Positions 12,190 to 24,945 of a stretch of DNA of 64,000 nt are shown piece by piece (the stretch's first letter is position 1; the number at the start of each line of letters is the position of its first letter). The position numbers were made by a program, and so were the translations under genes. This stretch comes from Squalus acanthias (taxonomy: Eukaryota): contig CM059432.1 of assembly GCA_030390025.1 (NCBI GenBank), forward strand, positions 66,280,001-66,344,000, given 5' to 3'. The notes under the pieces are model-generated. The model saw only the letters and a program-made list of their open reading frames with translations, was not told where the DNA came from and made no database searches.

Positions 12190-13205
12190 ATAAGGCAAAT
12201 CATGTTTGACTAACTTGATTGAGTTCTTTGATGAAGTAACGGAGAGGGTTGATGGGGGTAGTGCGGTTGATGTTTTGTATATGACTTTCAAAAGACGTTT
12301 AATAAAGTGCCACATAATAGACTTGTTAGCAAAATTGAAGCCCATGGGATTAAAGGGGCCGTGGCTTTGCGGATATGAAAGTGGCTAAAGAACAGAAAGC
12401 AGAGAATAGTGGTGATCGGTTGTTTTTCAGACTGGAGGGAAGTTTGCAGTGGTGTCCCCTAGAGGTTGGTGTTGGGACCACTGCTCTTTTTGATATATAT
12501 TAATGACCCGGACTTGGGTATACAAAGCATAATTTCAAAGCTTGCAGATGACACGAAACTCGGAAATGTAGTAAACAGATAGTAATAGACCTCAAGAGGA
12601 CATAGATCGACTGGTAAAATGGGCAGACTCATGCCAGTTGAAATTTAATGCAGAGATGTGTGAAGTGATTAATTTTGGAAGGATGAGGAGAGGCAATATA
12701 AGCTAAATGGTACAATTTTAAAGGGGGTGTATATACACAAGTCTTTGAAGATGGGACGATAATTTGAGAAGGCTGATAAAAAGGCACACGGGATCCTTGG
12801 CTTTTAAATAGAGGCATAAAGTATAAAAGCAAGGAATCTAAGCTAAAACTTTATAAAACACTGCTTAGGCCCCATTTGAAGTATTGTGTCCAATTGTGGG
12901 CACCACACTTTAGAAAGGATGTCAAGGCCTTAGAGAGGGTGCAGAGGAGATTTACTGGAATGGTACCAGAGATGAAAGACTTCAGTTACATGGAAAAACT
13001 AGAGAAACTGAGGTTGTTCTCCTTAGAGCAGAGAAAGTTAAGGGCAGATTTGATAGTTATTCAAAATTATGAGGGTTTTGATAGAGTAAATAAGGAGCAA
13101 CTGTTTCCAGTGGCAGAAGAGTCAGTAACCAGAGGACATAGATTTAAGATAATTGGCAAAAGAACCAGAGGCAACATGAGGAAAATAATTTTTATGCAGT
13201 GAGTT
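12190..13205 (+). mobile_element. Degenerate CR1 ORF2 fragment
   Basis: GKSCLTNLIEFFDEVT, KLADDTKL and YCVQLWAPHFRKD motifs in shifted frames. Confidence 0.9.
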
Positions 13206-14113
13206 CAGCCATGCCCCTGCCAAGAATGGCCAGCACATCTCCTCAATGGGGGTGAGGTGATGCAGGCGAGTCTGTCCCCCACCAGTTAAGTTCTACAGGC
13301 ACTGGTTATGCACCACCTTTTCCTGCAAGAGAAAGGGAAGTGTGTCAGTGAGTGTGGTGTAATGTGTTTGGGTCATGTATCTGTAATGGTTGAATAACTG
13401 ACAGTTGTTCAAGCTCTGAGATGTGGGTGTGAGGCTTGCAGCAGTAGTAAGTATATGAGGGTGAGGTGATGCTACGAATGTGAGGTATGAGTCGTGTTTG
13501 GTAGACATTTTTGGTAGGTGAGTGATGGGGGAGTCGTGCATTGAGCGGTGTGTGAGGCTAGTGGTGCAGTTGGTAGGAGACGGCTTTTGAAGATGCATTC
13601 ACTGACCTTGACCACTCGTCTGAGGCCATTAAACTGCTTTGGGCACTGGAGCCAAGTCCTGGGGGCAACACTGCTGGCAGTGACTGCCTCGGCGATCTGG
13701 TCCCACATCCTTCTTACAGTGTTTCTGAAGGGCCTACTGGCCCCCTGTGGGTAGAGGACATCTCTTCGAGTGTTCATGCCCTGCACAAAGGCCTCGAGTG
13801 CTGTGTCCGAGACCCGAGGTGCCCTTTCCCAGGCCTATTGAGCCATTTTGCTTTGTTTAAAATTTTTGATCACCAGAAGGTAGCTCACCTTTAAGAAGTG
13901 CAGGCTGCCTTTAAGAGGCACAGGATGTGCAAACATTGCAAACTTCGGCCCCTTGCTGAGCGCACAGCCAGTCAGTTGCACATTCAGCGCTGGGCTGTGC
14001 GCTGCTATCATCATAATTAGCAGACAGCACAAATTTCACATGCTGCCTGCACACCTTTCAATGGGCGGGCCGATTCCTGCACCTGTTTTCGGGCCTAATC
14101 CAATTTCACCCCC
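13206..14113 (-). mobile_element. Harbinger fragment: one terminus plus Myb/SANT exon 1, intron and part of exon 2 (pseudogene)
   Basis: Minus-strand terminus tta|gggggtgaaattgg. ATG at 13846 with an early stop. RRDVLYP...MWDQIAEAV...RTWLQCPKQFNGLRRVVK|GTCAGT, then acceptor ttgcag|EKVVHN...TGG. Confidence 0.8.
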
Positions 14114-14413
14114 TAAGTATCGGTGAGCTTTTGCTGGAGGGTGGAGAAAGAAGTTCCAGGCAAAAATGAAATGAAAGGAAGCCCAATGTGAAGGCATGAA
14201 ATGGAATAGGTGGGAAGTGATGTTGCTGCATGAGTTGGAAATGAGGAGGGTTTCCTGTTTGGCACTCTCCCCAGAGCAATGCACCTTGTCTGTTAGGAGT
14301 TGACAGCTAGGTTCAACATACAGTACTGTACATGGTACCTATGATGCACTGCACTCTTGTGAACCCTATCATCTTGTGCTATGTCCTATCAAGCTGATGC
14401 CTCCTTTCCACAC

Positions 14414-15719
14414 TTCTTAGGCAGTCCCTTGGAACCGAGGATGACTTGCTTCAACAATAAAAATGAGTTCTCAGGTGACTGATGAGTCCAATGTGGGACC
14501 TACAGTCTCTGTCACAAGTGGGGCAGACGGTGGTTGAAGGGGCGGGTGGCTGGGGTTCTTGGGTTGACGTGCGCTCCTTCCGCTGTTTGCGCTTGGCTTC
14601 CGCTTGCTCCCGGCGAAGAGACTCAAGCTGTTCGGCACCTTCCCGGATGCTTCTCCTCCATTTTGTGTGCTCTTGGGGCAGGGATTCCCAGGTGTCGGTG
14701 GGGATGTTGCACTTTTTCAAGGAGGCTTTGAGGGTGTCCTTGAAGTGTTTCCTCTGCCCACCTGGGGCTCTCTTGCCGTGTCGGAGCTCCGAGTAGAGCG
14801 CTTGCTTTGGGAGTCTCGTATCGGGCATGCGGACGATGTGGCCCGTCCATCGGAGCTGATCGAGCATGGTCAAAGCTTCGATGCTGGGGATGTTGGTCTG
14901 AGCGAGAACACTGACGTTGGTGCGCCTATCCTGCCAATGGATTTGCAGGATCTTGTGGAGGCAGCGTTGATGGAACCTCTCCAGTGCTTTGAGGTGCCTG
15001 CTGTACATGGTCCATGTCTCTGAAGCATACAAGAGGGTGGATATCACTACTGCTCCATAGACCATGAGCTTGATGCTGGGTTTGAGGTCCTGGTCTTCAA
15101 ACACTCTCTTCCTCAGGCGACTGAAGGCTGCACTGGCACACTGAAGGCAGTGTTGGACTTCGTCATTGACATCTGCCCTTGTTGACAGTAGGCTCCCGAA
15201 GTATGGAAAGTGGTCCACGTTGTCCAAGGCCTCGTCATGGATTTTGATAATCGAGGAGCAGTACTATGTGGCAGGGGCAGGTTGGTAGAGGACATTTGTC
15301 TTACAGATGTTTAGTGTAAGGCCTATGCTCTCGTACGCTTCGGTGAAGGTGTTGACGATGGCTTGGAGTTCGACCTCCGAGTATGCGCAGACGCAAGCGT
15401 CGTCTGCATACTGTAATTTGATGACAGAGGATGGGACGAACTTGGATCTGGACTGGAGGTGACGGAGGTTGAACAGTTTCCCGTTTGTTCTGTAAATTAG
15501 CTCCACTCCAGCGGGGAGCTTACTGAGGGTGAGATGGAGCATTGCAGCCAGGAAGATCGAGAAGAGCGTTGGTGCGATGACACAGCCTTGCTTGACCCCG
15601 GTCCGTACGTGAATTGGGTCCGTGGTGGATCCATTGGTCAGGATCATGGCTTGCATGTCATCATGAAGCAGGCGGAGGATGGTGACAAACTTTTGAGGGC
15701 AGCCGAATTTGAGGAGGAG
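14414..15719 (-). mobile_element. RTE-clade LINE, 5'-truncated (RT C-half, C-terminal CxxC/H-rich end, 3'UTR)
   Basis: ORFs 15264-15749 (GVKQGCVIAPTLF, QYADD) and 14451-15227 (LYASETWT, LRWTGHIVRMPDTRLPK, CPTCDRDCRSHIGLISHLRTH). 3' end ggactgcctaagaag. Confidence 0.92.
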
Positions 15720-16403
15720 AATGACGAATGTATTGTCCCTTCCAAACAAGGCTTCTGTTACTTGTTTGATGCATCTGTGGCGAGTTGACTGACTGATGCG
15801 ATATATGGTGGTGACTTGGAAGGACCTGATGGCTTAAAATTTTAATGCTGTGTGACCTCCATCTGTAAAGGAACAGCTGTCCCTGTGGCACACTTGTTCG
15901 CCAGCAGTAGATGGCATATCTGTGTGGCAATCTGCTTTGTGAAGTAGAGGTCGCTCCTGACATGCCTAGTAAGGAGTATCTGGATCAGTAAATGTGGGTC
16001 CTAGGGTAAGGACCGGTGCATATATAATGCATGACATGTAGTCACATCTGCCTTTTTTTGTTCCTGCAAGAACTGCTCTTTCTCCTCCAAGTCTAGGAGC
16101 ACCATTGGAAGCACCAAAGGAATTTGCATTCTGCCCACTTTGGTTGCAGCAAGTGAAATAACAACTGGAAGTAAGATGGTTGTACGAAACAAGAGATTGA
16201 AATGAAAGTCTTGCCATGCAAAGTAATTAGGCTTAATTAACAACAAACATGAGTTCACTAATGAAATGGTCGGTGAAGAAATATAATAAGCAGCCTCCAA
16301 ATCCTAACATCAAGTCTTTATTGCCACTAAGGCAGTAGAGATTCAGAACACATTGCCATTTAACCAGTAACAATTCACACCACTTATCACCACTAAACGA
16401 GCC

Positions 16404-16709
16404 GGGACACACGGTGGCATAGTGGTTAGCACTGTTGCCTCACAGCGCCAGGGACCCGGGTTTCGAATCCGGCCGCGGGTGACTGTCTGTGTGGAGTTTG
16501 CACATTCTCCCCGTGTCTGCGTGGGTTTCCTCCGGGTGCTCCGGTTTCCTCCCACAGTCCAAAGATGTGCGGGTTAGGTTGATTTGGCTATGATAAATTG
16601 ACCCTTAGTGTTAGGGGGGATTAAATATGCAGGGATAGGGTGGGATATGTGTCGGTGCCGGCTCGATGGGCCGAAATGGCCTCTATCTGCACTGTGGGGA
16701 TTCTGTGAT
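16404..16709 (+). mobile_element. tRNA-derived V-SINE (HE1-like), full length
   Basis: A box tggcatagtgg, B box gtttcgaatcc, V-domain tgtgtggagtttgcacattctccccgtgtctgcgtgggtttcctccgggtgctccggtttcctccc, CR1-like tail ctcgatgggccgaaatggcct. Confidence 0.9.
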
Positions 16710-19361
16710 ATGGACAGCTTCTTTCAAATAAATTAAAAATGAAAAATAGTCACAAACAAGAAAACCAAAAATGAATATTCTTGTAGTATAATTGTTCTAA
16801 TGCTGAGACACAGCCTCCAGCTCATCATGGAAAATGACATTGCGCACACTGAAATCATTTGTGTGTCACCATTTAATTTTGAAAGAACATGTACAAAATT
16901 GAATTCTTCTATAGTAATTGAAACAGCCCAATTTTAACTAGCCCAGATTTGAAATCTTAACTGTTATCAGTTTCACTTTTCAATGAAGAAATGATCTTGT
17001 CTGTGGATACCACACTACAATGTTAAATCAAGCAGAAGTAGGCTATATATTTGGCTAAAAGAAAGTAGAAAAAAAGATTTTAAGTGTGTGGTTGAATATC
17101 ACAAATGGACAGATGATTATAGTGTTAGCTGTAGTTGAAGATGGGTAGACTGACAGACAGATATTTATTCCCAACAACAATATGTAGTATTCCATCAAAC
17201 TTACTGTTTTTGCATAACCTGCTCAATGAACAATGACAAAATAAAACATTGAAATTGCTAAGGAGATAAAGGTATTTAAATGGTTTATTTTCCTTTTAGC
17301 TATGCTAAACAAACAGTAGAATCTCCATAATGCAGTCCTTGTCTGGCAGAAATGTTAGTTGTACTTTAACCACAGTTGCTCAGTATGACCAAAAACCAGC
17401 AGACAGAACACAATTATAAGCCACTAACTATTATTGGCCCTCTGCCTCTGAATCCGATACAGACATCTGTTCTAAAAATATAATTTCCTGTAAAATTTAG
17501 CTCACTGCAGCTGGCTCAATTTAAGGAGAGACACAAACAGCCAAATGTTTTCAAATGAACAGTGTGATAAACAGGAGCAGACACTGATAGGAACTCTTTC
17601 CACAACATTCACTTTGTTCTTCAATTTTGCCTACAATCAAACATTTAACAAAGTTAGACAAGACATCCATTGAGTTCCTTTGGACAGATGTATAATAAAA
17701 TGTACTGTGTTGGGGAGAAGAAATGAGTATATTTTCACACTGACAAAGTTATCATTCCTCTGTCACCCTCCCCCCACCCCATTCAGTTATAAAATTAAAG
17801 TTAAACTAATAGACACACCTGTTTTGTTATTATTCACTAGCTCTGACCATTCTATCTTGCTTATTGTGGAATCTTTCAGTCACTAAACTTCTTCTTTGAG
17901 TTTACATTTATTATGGCTGAATTTTACCAATCAGTAGAACTTGCTGCACACCCATGCTTAATTGAATATACTTATTAAATGCAATAAATTAAACCTTCCA
18001 ATTTTAGCGCCAAATGCGAACAGATGCACTAATTAGCCCCCAAAAGATGGTTACCATTAAAGCTGCTAAGCCTGTGAACACTACCGCACTGCAGTTCAGA
18101 CATGATGTGTGCAGTCACTTTCTCAGCTTGGCAGAGACTACTTTGTCCTTTGTCCATACTGATGGTCAGTGTTGACAGAGCACACACCTTCACTTATCTG
18201 CAACACCAACAGTCAGCCAAACACAGGCCCATGGAGGAGGAGGAGGAAATGCTGAGGGGATTGAGTACATCAACTCTTTTTCATATTGCACTTTGTTAAG
18301 CAGTTAAGGGCTGATTTTCTGTGTTCGGAATACAGGCGAGAAGCCTTGAGGGCCAGATGCACATGTCAGGAAATCGCAGGTGTCACCCATCCATTCATTC
18401 ATTTAGGGGTAATAGCAGATAAATCTATGATTGCATCACATTGTGCTCAGGTGCAATAAATAAAAAAGTAAATAAGGTACTGGGCTGCATAAGGCTAGGA
18501 ATAGAGTAAAACTCTGATTCATGATCAGGTATTCCCAGCGAGGAGCTTTGCTTGCAAGGAGCACATTGCAGGAAATCATGAGTGCAAATCCCGTGATTTT
18601 CCAGCTAATGCGGGTAAAAAATGACAGGCTGTGCATCCATGATGTACTCCCTGTGAGCTTCACTCCCTGCTGGGAGCGCAGGATGGAAGAGTTACTGTTG
18701 TATCAGGTGATGGTCAGACTCCATTTGCACTAATATACTGATTACTGGTCACCTAATCAACCATAGGAAGGATATTCTTGTCTTTGAGATAGTACAGAAA
18801 TGAGCAACAATGATAGAATGATAGAATGATAGAATGGTTACAGCACAGAAGGAGGCCATTGAGCCCATCGAGCGCATGCCGGCTCTCTGCAAGAGCACTT
18901 CAGCTAGTCCCACTCCCCCACCCTTTCCCCATAGCTCTGCAATTTTTTTTCCTCCAGGTACTTAACCAATTCCCTTTTGAAAGCCACAATTGAATCTGCC
19001 TCCACCACCCTTTCAGGCAGTTCATTCCAGATCCTAACCACTTACTGTGTAAAAAAGTTTTCCTCATGTCGTCTTTGGTTCTTCAGCCAATCACCTTGAA
19101 TCTGTGTCCTCTGGTTCTCGACCCTTCCGCCAATGGGAACAGTTTCTCTCTATCTACTCTGCTTAGACCCCTCATGATTTTGAACACCTCTATCAAATCT
19201 CCTCTCAACCTTCTCTGCTGTAAGGAGAACAACCCCAGCTTCTCCAGTCTATCTCCGTAACTGAAGTCCCTCATCCCTGGAACCATTCTTGTAAATGTTT
19301 TTGCACCCTATCTAAGGCCTTCACATCTTCCTAAAGTGTGATGCCCAGAATTGGACACAAT

Positions 19362-20168
19362 GGGGACGATTTTGCCAGCCCTGGGGAGGCGGGTTTGGAG
19401 GCGGGACTGCTGGGAAAATGGCAGAATTTAGGGGCGGGTTGACCCGCCTCCATGCCATCATGCCAGGAGGCGGGTAGCCGTCCCGCGCCGGGTCCTGTCT
19501 CCTTGGAGGCGGGCAGGGATTACATCCACTTAACTTCCTGTTAATAGGTAGTTAACAGGCAGAAAATAGGATTATCCCCATTTTGCCCACATAAGTGCGG
19601 CCTTCCCGAAGGCTCCAAAACCCGCCAGGGTCACCGAGGCGAGTAGTGGGTCTGCGGGGGTCTGCAGGGTCCAAAAGTGTGCTGTGGAGGTGAGTGATGG
19701 GCGCAAGTGTGGAGAGGTGAGTATCTGAGGTAAGTGCAAAGTGTTAGTAAAAGTGTATTTACCTTTGTTTCTTCCTGCAGGCTTCAATCGGTGGGCATGC
19801 GGAGAGTCTCGCACCTCCGCGGTAGAGATGACAGATGGCCATTGCATTCTCCAATTCAACAACCATCTAATTTCTACAAAAGGAAGAGGTTTGATGAGGT
19901 CTTGAATTCAAGAACTCATCAAACTACAGAGAATGTCAGTGTTTGACAGCTTCACAGAGCTATCAAACGATGACAATTCATCTGTCAAAAATTGACGTTC
20001 TCTGTAACTGGCTTTCCCTTAATTGGCCTGCAAAGCCCGCTGGGCAGGCTTAACAAGGTCAATCAAGGGAAAATAGCGTGGGTTGGCCAGAAGTTGATGG
20101 AGGCGGGACTGAAACCCGACAAGTGGGAGTCCCGCCTCCAAAAGCTCCCCATTGGCAAAATCCAGCCC
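19362..20168. mobile_element. Harbinger-type MITE inside CR1
   Basis: TIR ggggacgattttgcc / ggcaaaatccagccc. TSD AAT (19359-19361, 20169-20171). CR1 sequence rejoins across it. Confidence 0.88.
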
Positions 20169-20245
20169 AATACTCCAATTGAGGCTGAACCAGTGTTTTA
20201 TAAAGGTTCATCATAACTTTTGTACTCTATGCCTCTATTTATAAA

Positions 20246-20427
20246 ATTGAGAGGTCGCACAACACCAGGTTATAGTCCAACAGTTTTATTTTAAATCACA
20301 AGCTTTCGGAGTTACAACTCCTTCGTCGGGTGAAGTGAGGAGATACAGAATCGTCAAAGCATATATAGAACGTCGGTGTCGATATGCGCGATCTTCTTGG
20401 CGATACACCGGCATCTCCGCATCATGA
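20246..20427 (-). mobile_element. Short Penelope-like insertion with hammerhead-like motif (20296-20333)
   Basis: 14-bp TSD cctctatttataaa (20232-20245, 20428-20441). Minus-strand TCAC CCGACGA A GGAGT tgta ACTCC GAAAGCTT GTGA. 5' end tcatgatgcggagatgccgg, as in the 1348 copy. Confidence 0.85.
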
Positions 20428-22262
20428 CCTCTATTTATAAAGCCCAGGATCCTGTATGCTTTTTTAACTGCTTTCTCAGCCTGCCCTGCCACCTTCAACA
20501 ATTTGTGCACATATACCCCCAGGTCTCTCTGTTCTTGCACCCCCTTTAGAATTGTACCCTTTAGTTTATATTGCCTCTTCTCATTCTTCCTACCAAAATG
20601 TATCACTTCGCACTTTTCTGCATTTAATTTCATCTGCCACATGTCCACCCATTTCACCAACCTGTCTCTGCCTTCTTGAAGTCTATCACTCTCCTCCTCA
20701 CTGTTCACTATACTTCCAAGTTTTGTGTCATCTGCAAATTTTGAAATTGTGCCCTGTACACCCAAGTCCAAGTCATTAATATATATCAAGGAAAGCAGTG
20801 GTCCTAGTACCGACACCTGGGGAACCCCACTCTATACCTTCCTCCAGTCCGAAAAACCATTCACCACTACTCTCTGTTTCCTGTCACTTAGCCAGGTTCG
20901 TATCCATGCTGCCCTTTTATTCCATGGGCTTCAACTTTGCTGGCAAGCCTGTTATGTGGCACTTTGTCGAATGCCTTTTGGAAATCCATGTACATCACAT
21001 CAACTGCATTGCCCTCATCAACCCTCTCTGTTACCTCATCAAAAAACTCACACAAGTTAGTTAAACACGATTTGCCTTTAACAAATCCGTGCTGGATTTC
21101 CTTGATAAATCCACACTTGTCCAAGTGACTGTTCATTTTGTCGCAAATTACCTTTTCTAAAAAGTTTCCCCACCACTGAGGTTAAACTGATTGACCTGTA
21201 GTTGCTGGGTTTATCCTTACACCCTTTTTTGAACAATGGTGTAACATCTGCAATTCTCCAGTCCACTGGCACCACCCCTGTATCTAAGGAGGATTGGAAG
21301 ATTATGGCCAGTACCTTTGCAATTTCCACCTTTACTTCCCTCAGCATCGTAGGGTGCATCCCATCCGGTCCTGGTGACTTATCTACTTTAAGTACAGCCA
21401 GCCTTTCTAGTACCTCCTCTTTATCAATTTTTATCCCATCCAGTATCTCAACTACCTCCTCTTTCACTATGTCTTGGGCAGTATCTTCTTCCTTGGTAAA
21501 GTCAGATGCAAAGTACTCATTTAATACCTCAGCCATGCCCTCTGCCTCCATGCGTAGATCTCCTTTTTGGTTTCTAATTGCCCCCCCCACCCCCTTACTA
21601 CTCGTTTACTATTTACATGCCTATAGAAGACTTTTGGATTCCCTTTTATTTTTAGCTGCCAATCTATTCTCATACTCTTTCTTTGCCCCTCTTATTTCCT
21701 TTTTCACTTCCCCTCTGAACTTTCTGTATTCAGCCTGGTTCTCACTTGTAATCTCAACCTAACATCTGTTATACGCCCCCTTTTTCTGCTTCATCTTACT
21801 CTCTATCTCTTTCGTCACTCATGGAGCTCTGACTTTGGTTGCCCTACCTTTCCCCCTCATGGGAATGTACCTTGACTGTACCCGAACCATCACCTCTTTA
21901 AAGGTAGTCCAGTGTTCGATTACAGTTTTGCCTGCCAATCTTTGATTCCAATTTACCCAGGCCAGATCCGTTCTCAACCCACTGAAATTGGCCCTTCTCC
22001 AATTAAGTATTTTTACTCTAGATCGCTCCTTGTCCTTTTCCATAGCTAATCTAAACCTTATGATACTATGATCACTATTCCCTAAATGTTCCTCTACTGA
22101 CACTTGCTCCACTTGACCCACCTCATTCCCCAGAACCAGATCCAGCAATGCCTCCTTCCGCGTTGGGCTGGAAACATACTGCTCAAGAAAGTTCTCCTGA
22201 ACACACTTCAGAAATTCATCCCCTTCTCTGCCCTTTACACTATTACTATCCCAGTCTATATT

Positions 22263-23021
22263 GGCCCAGAAATTCCGTTCGTAGCCCTCCCGCGGGCGGA
22301 GGGCTGCGATTTGGAAAAATCTCCACCTGGACCGGAGGGCTCCTGGGAGGCGCAGAATTCCATTGCTGGGCCTCTTCAATCTGCCGCTGTGCAGGGCACG
22401 CATATCCCAGGGGCACAGGTAGTTCGCAGCGTCCCTGGGATCATGTGGGCCATGGGGAGCCAATCAGAGCAGGGAATCTCCATTCATAGATTTGACAGGA
22501 AGACCTGTCAAATCTATGAATAGAGATCAGCCCCAAAACCTAAGTAAAACTTCAAATAAATTTAAAAAATAACATCACATTTTTAAAATGACTATAAATT
22601 ACATAAATTAACTATTTTAAACAAAAATTTAAATTTTTGAAAAAAATAATTAACGTTTTTAACGGTGCTAAAAAATAAACTTACCTTTCTTTAAAGTATT
22701 TTAAATGATAAATCAGTGGAAATTTTATTTTTTAAACTTTCTTCAACTATTAGCCTGGTAAAAGCAGGCCTTGCGCCTGCTTTTCTAGGCGCAACTGTTT
22801 CCGACTTACCTGGACTGAAGCAACTGTGAAAAAAACGGAAGTTTCAGCCGTACGCGCTGCCTATCCGGCGCAGGCGTTTGACCTGTCAAGCCCTTTCTTC
22901 ACAGAATGGAAGTTCCGGTTTCCAGCGCATGCGCAGTGCATGCGTAAAACCGGCACTTTCGTTGGCCCTACGGGTGAGTACACAGCGCGTACACACCTGT
23001 AGGGAATGGAATTTCTGGGCC
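22263..23021. mobile_element. Harbinger-type MITE inside the CR1 endonuclease region
   Basis: Perfect 14-bp TIR ggcccagaaattcc. TSD ATT (22260-22262, 23022-23024). Same family as 10025-11528. Confidence 0.92.
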
Positions 23022-24629
23022 ATTAGGATAATTGAAGTCCCCCATTATCATGACTCTATAGTTCTTGCACCTCTCTGTAATTTCCCTGCAAATTTGCTCC
23101 TGTATATCCTTCCCACTAGTTGGTGGCCTATAGAATACACCTAGTAGTGTAATGGCACCTCTACTGTTTCTTAACTCTAACCAAATAGATTCAGTCCTTG
23201 ACTCCTCCAGGACATCCTCTCTCTCTAGCACTGTAATATTCTCCTTAATCAATACTGACACACCACCTCCTTTCTTTCCTTCCCTATCTTTCCTGAACAC
23301 CTTATATCCAGGAATATTTAGTACCCAATCCTGCCCTTTTTGAGCCAGGTCTCCGTTATCGCTACGACATCATATTCCCATGTGGATATTTGTGCCTGCA
23401 GCTCATCAACCTTATTTACCACGCTTTGTGCGTTTACACACATGCACTGTATACCTATCTTAGACCTTCTTGTATTCTCTCTTAGTCTGACCCCACCTAA
23501 TACCATACTATTTCTTACTCTAGTGCTATCTGTCTCTCCCAGTCCTTTGTGCACCTTGTTTCTCCTTTCTAATTCTACAGCCTGGTGCCCATCCCCCTGC
23601 CAAATTAGTTTAAACCCTCCCCAACAGCACTAGCAACCTGCCCCCCCCATGAGGATATTGGTTCCGGCTCTGTTGAGGTGCAACCTGTCCGGCCTGTACA
23701 AGTCCCACCTCCTTCAGAACTGGTCATAATGTCCCAGAAATCTAAAGCCCTCCCTCTTGCACCATCTCACCAGCCACGCATTCATCTGGTCTATCCTTCA
23801 ATTTCTATATTCACTAGCTTGTGGCACCGGGAGTAATCCGGAGATTACTACCTTTGAGGTCCTGCTTATTAATCTCTTTCCTAGCTCCCTAAAATCTGCT
23901 TGCAGGACCTCATCCCTCTTTCTACCTATGTCATTGATACTGATATGGATCACAATCTTTAGCTGTTCACCCTCCTCCCTCAAAATGTTCTGCAGCCGCT
24001 CAGTGACATCCTTCACCCTGCACCAGGGAGGCAACATACCATCCTGGAATCATGTCTGCGGCCGCGGAAACACCTGTCTGTTCCCCTAACTATTGAATCC
24101 TCTATCACTATTACTTTCCCGAATTTCCTCCTCCCCCCCGTACAGCTGAGCCACCTGTGGTGCCGTGGACTTGGCTCTGGCTGTACTCCCCAGAGGAACC
24201 ATCGCCCTCACCAGTATTTAGAACAGAATACCAGTAAGATAGATGAATCCAGTTATCACAATTTAAGTTAAAAGGTAAATTTAGGAAAGGTTTATTTTTT
24301 TTTAGGAAAGTCGAGACTTTGAAGTCACCTAATTGAATTTTTCAATTTATGAAGAGAATTGGAAAATCTGATTCAGGCAAATTGTTCACCACAATGGAAG
24401 GTTCCAATACCAGAGGACACAAACTAAAATTTGGGAAAAAGCGAGTAAGAAGGAAGTCAGACACCTTTTTTATTAACCATGTGGTAATAGAATTAAAATA
24501 TAATTTACCACAGTGGTCTTTAAAATAGACATTATAAATTAGGTCAAGAGACAATCGGACATTGTTTGGAAAGAAAAAGAATTGAGGGACATGAGGGATG
24601 ATTCTGCAATCTGCTGCCGGTCGGTATCA

Positions 24630-24945
24630 TTTTTATTTTTGTTCCTGGGATGTGGGCGTTGCTGCCAAGGCCAGCATTTATTGCCCATCCCTAATTGCCC
24701 TTGAGAAAGTGGTGGCGAGTTGCCTTCTTCAACCGCTGCAGTCCATTTGGTGAAGGTACTCCCATATTGCTTTTAGGGAGGGAGTTCCAGGATTTTGACC
24801 CAGCGACGATGAAGGAATGGCGATATATTTCCAAGTCAGGATGGTGTGTGACTTGGAGGGATACATGGAGGTGATGGGTTCCCATGTGCCTGCTGCCCTT
24901 GTCCTTCTGGGTGGTAGCAGTCGTGTGTTTGGGAGGTGCTGTCAA
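24630..24945 (-). mobile_element. LINE 3' end (CR1/L2-group; clade not resolved)
   Basis: Ends ...SWNSLP...LQRLKKATRHHFLKGN*, followed by a short UTR and an A-rich tail. Same family as 47285-47765. Confidence 0.8.

Larger units (their letters stand above)
18812..24234 (-). mobile_element. Near full-length degenerate CR1 LINE (ORF1 esterase region, ORF2 APE endonuclease + RT, 3' tail) with three nested inserts
   Basis: ORF1-like RVKDVTERL...VIHISINDIG...VVISGLLP (23798-24037). EN motifs VVAITETWL, GVFYRPP, MGDFNYP, LLDLVL, SDH. RT FADDTKL. Minus-strand tail (ATTCTATC)n at 18812-18835. Sits within an older + strand CR1 remnant (~18695-18810, ~24240-24600). Confidence 0.93.

Noticed and set aside
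14482..15023. Antisense ORFs over the RTE (and similar ones over CR1 copies)
   Set aside because: Shadow frames of LINE coding sequence with no independent motifs.
15904..15916. CTCF-like motif GCAGTAGATGGCA (also a gapped one near 58005-58022)
   Set aside because: Imperfect short matches are expected by chance in 64 kb, and there is no supporting data.
16404..16480. tRNA gene
   Set aside because: A/B boxes are followed by a V-domain and LINE tail, so this is a SINE head, not a cloverleaf gene. The same applies to 41600-41654 and 57790-57870.
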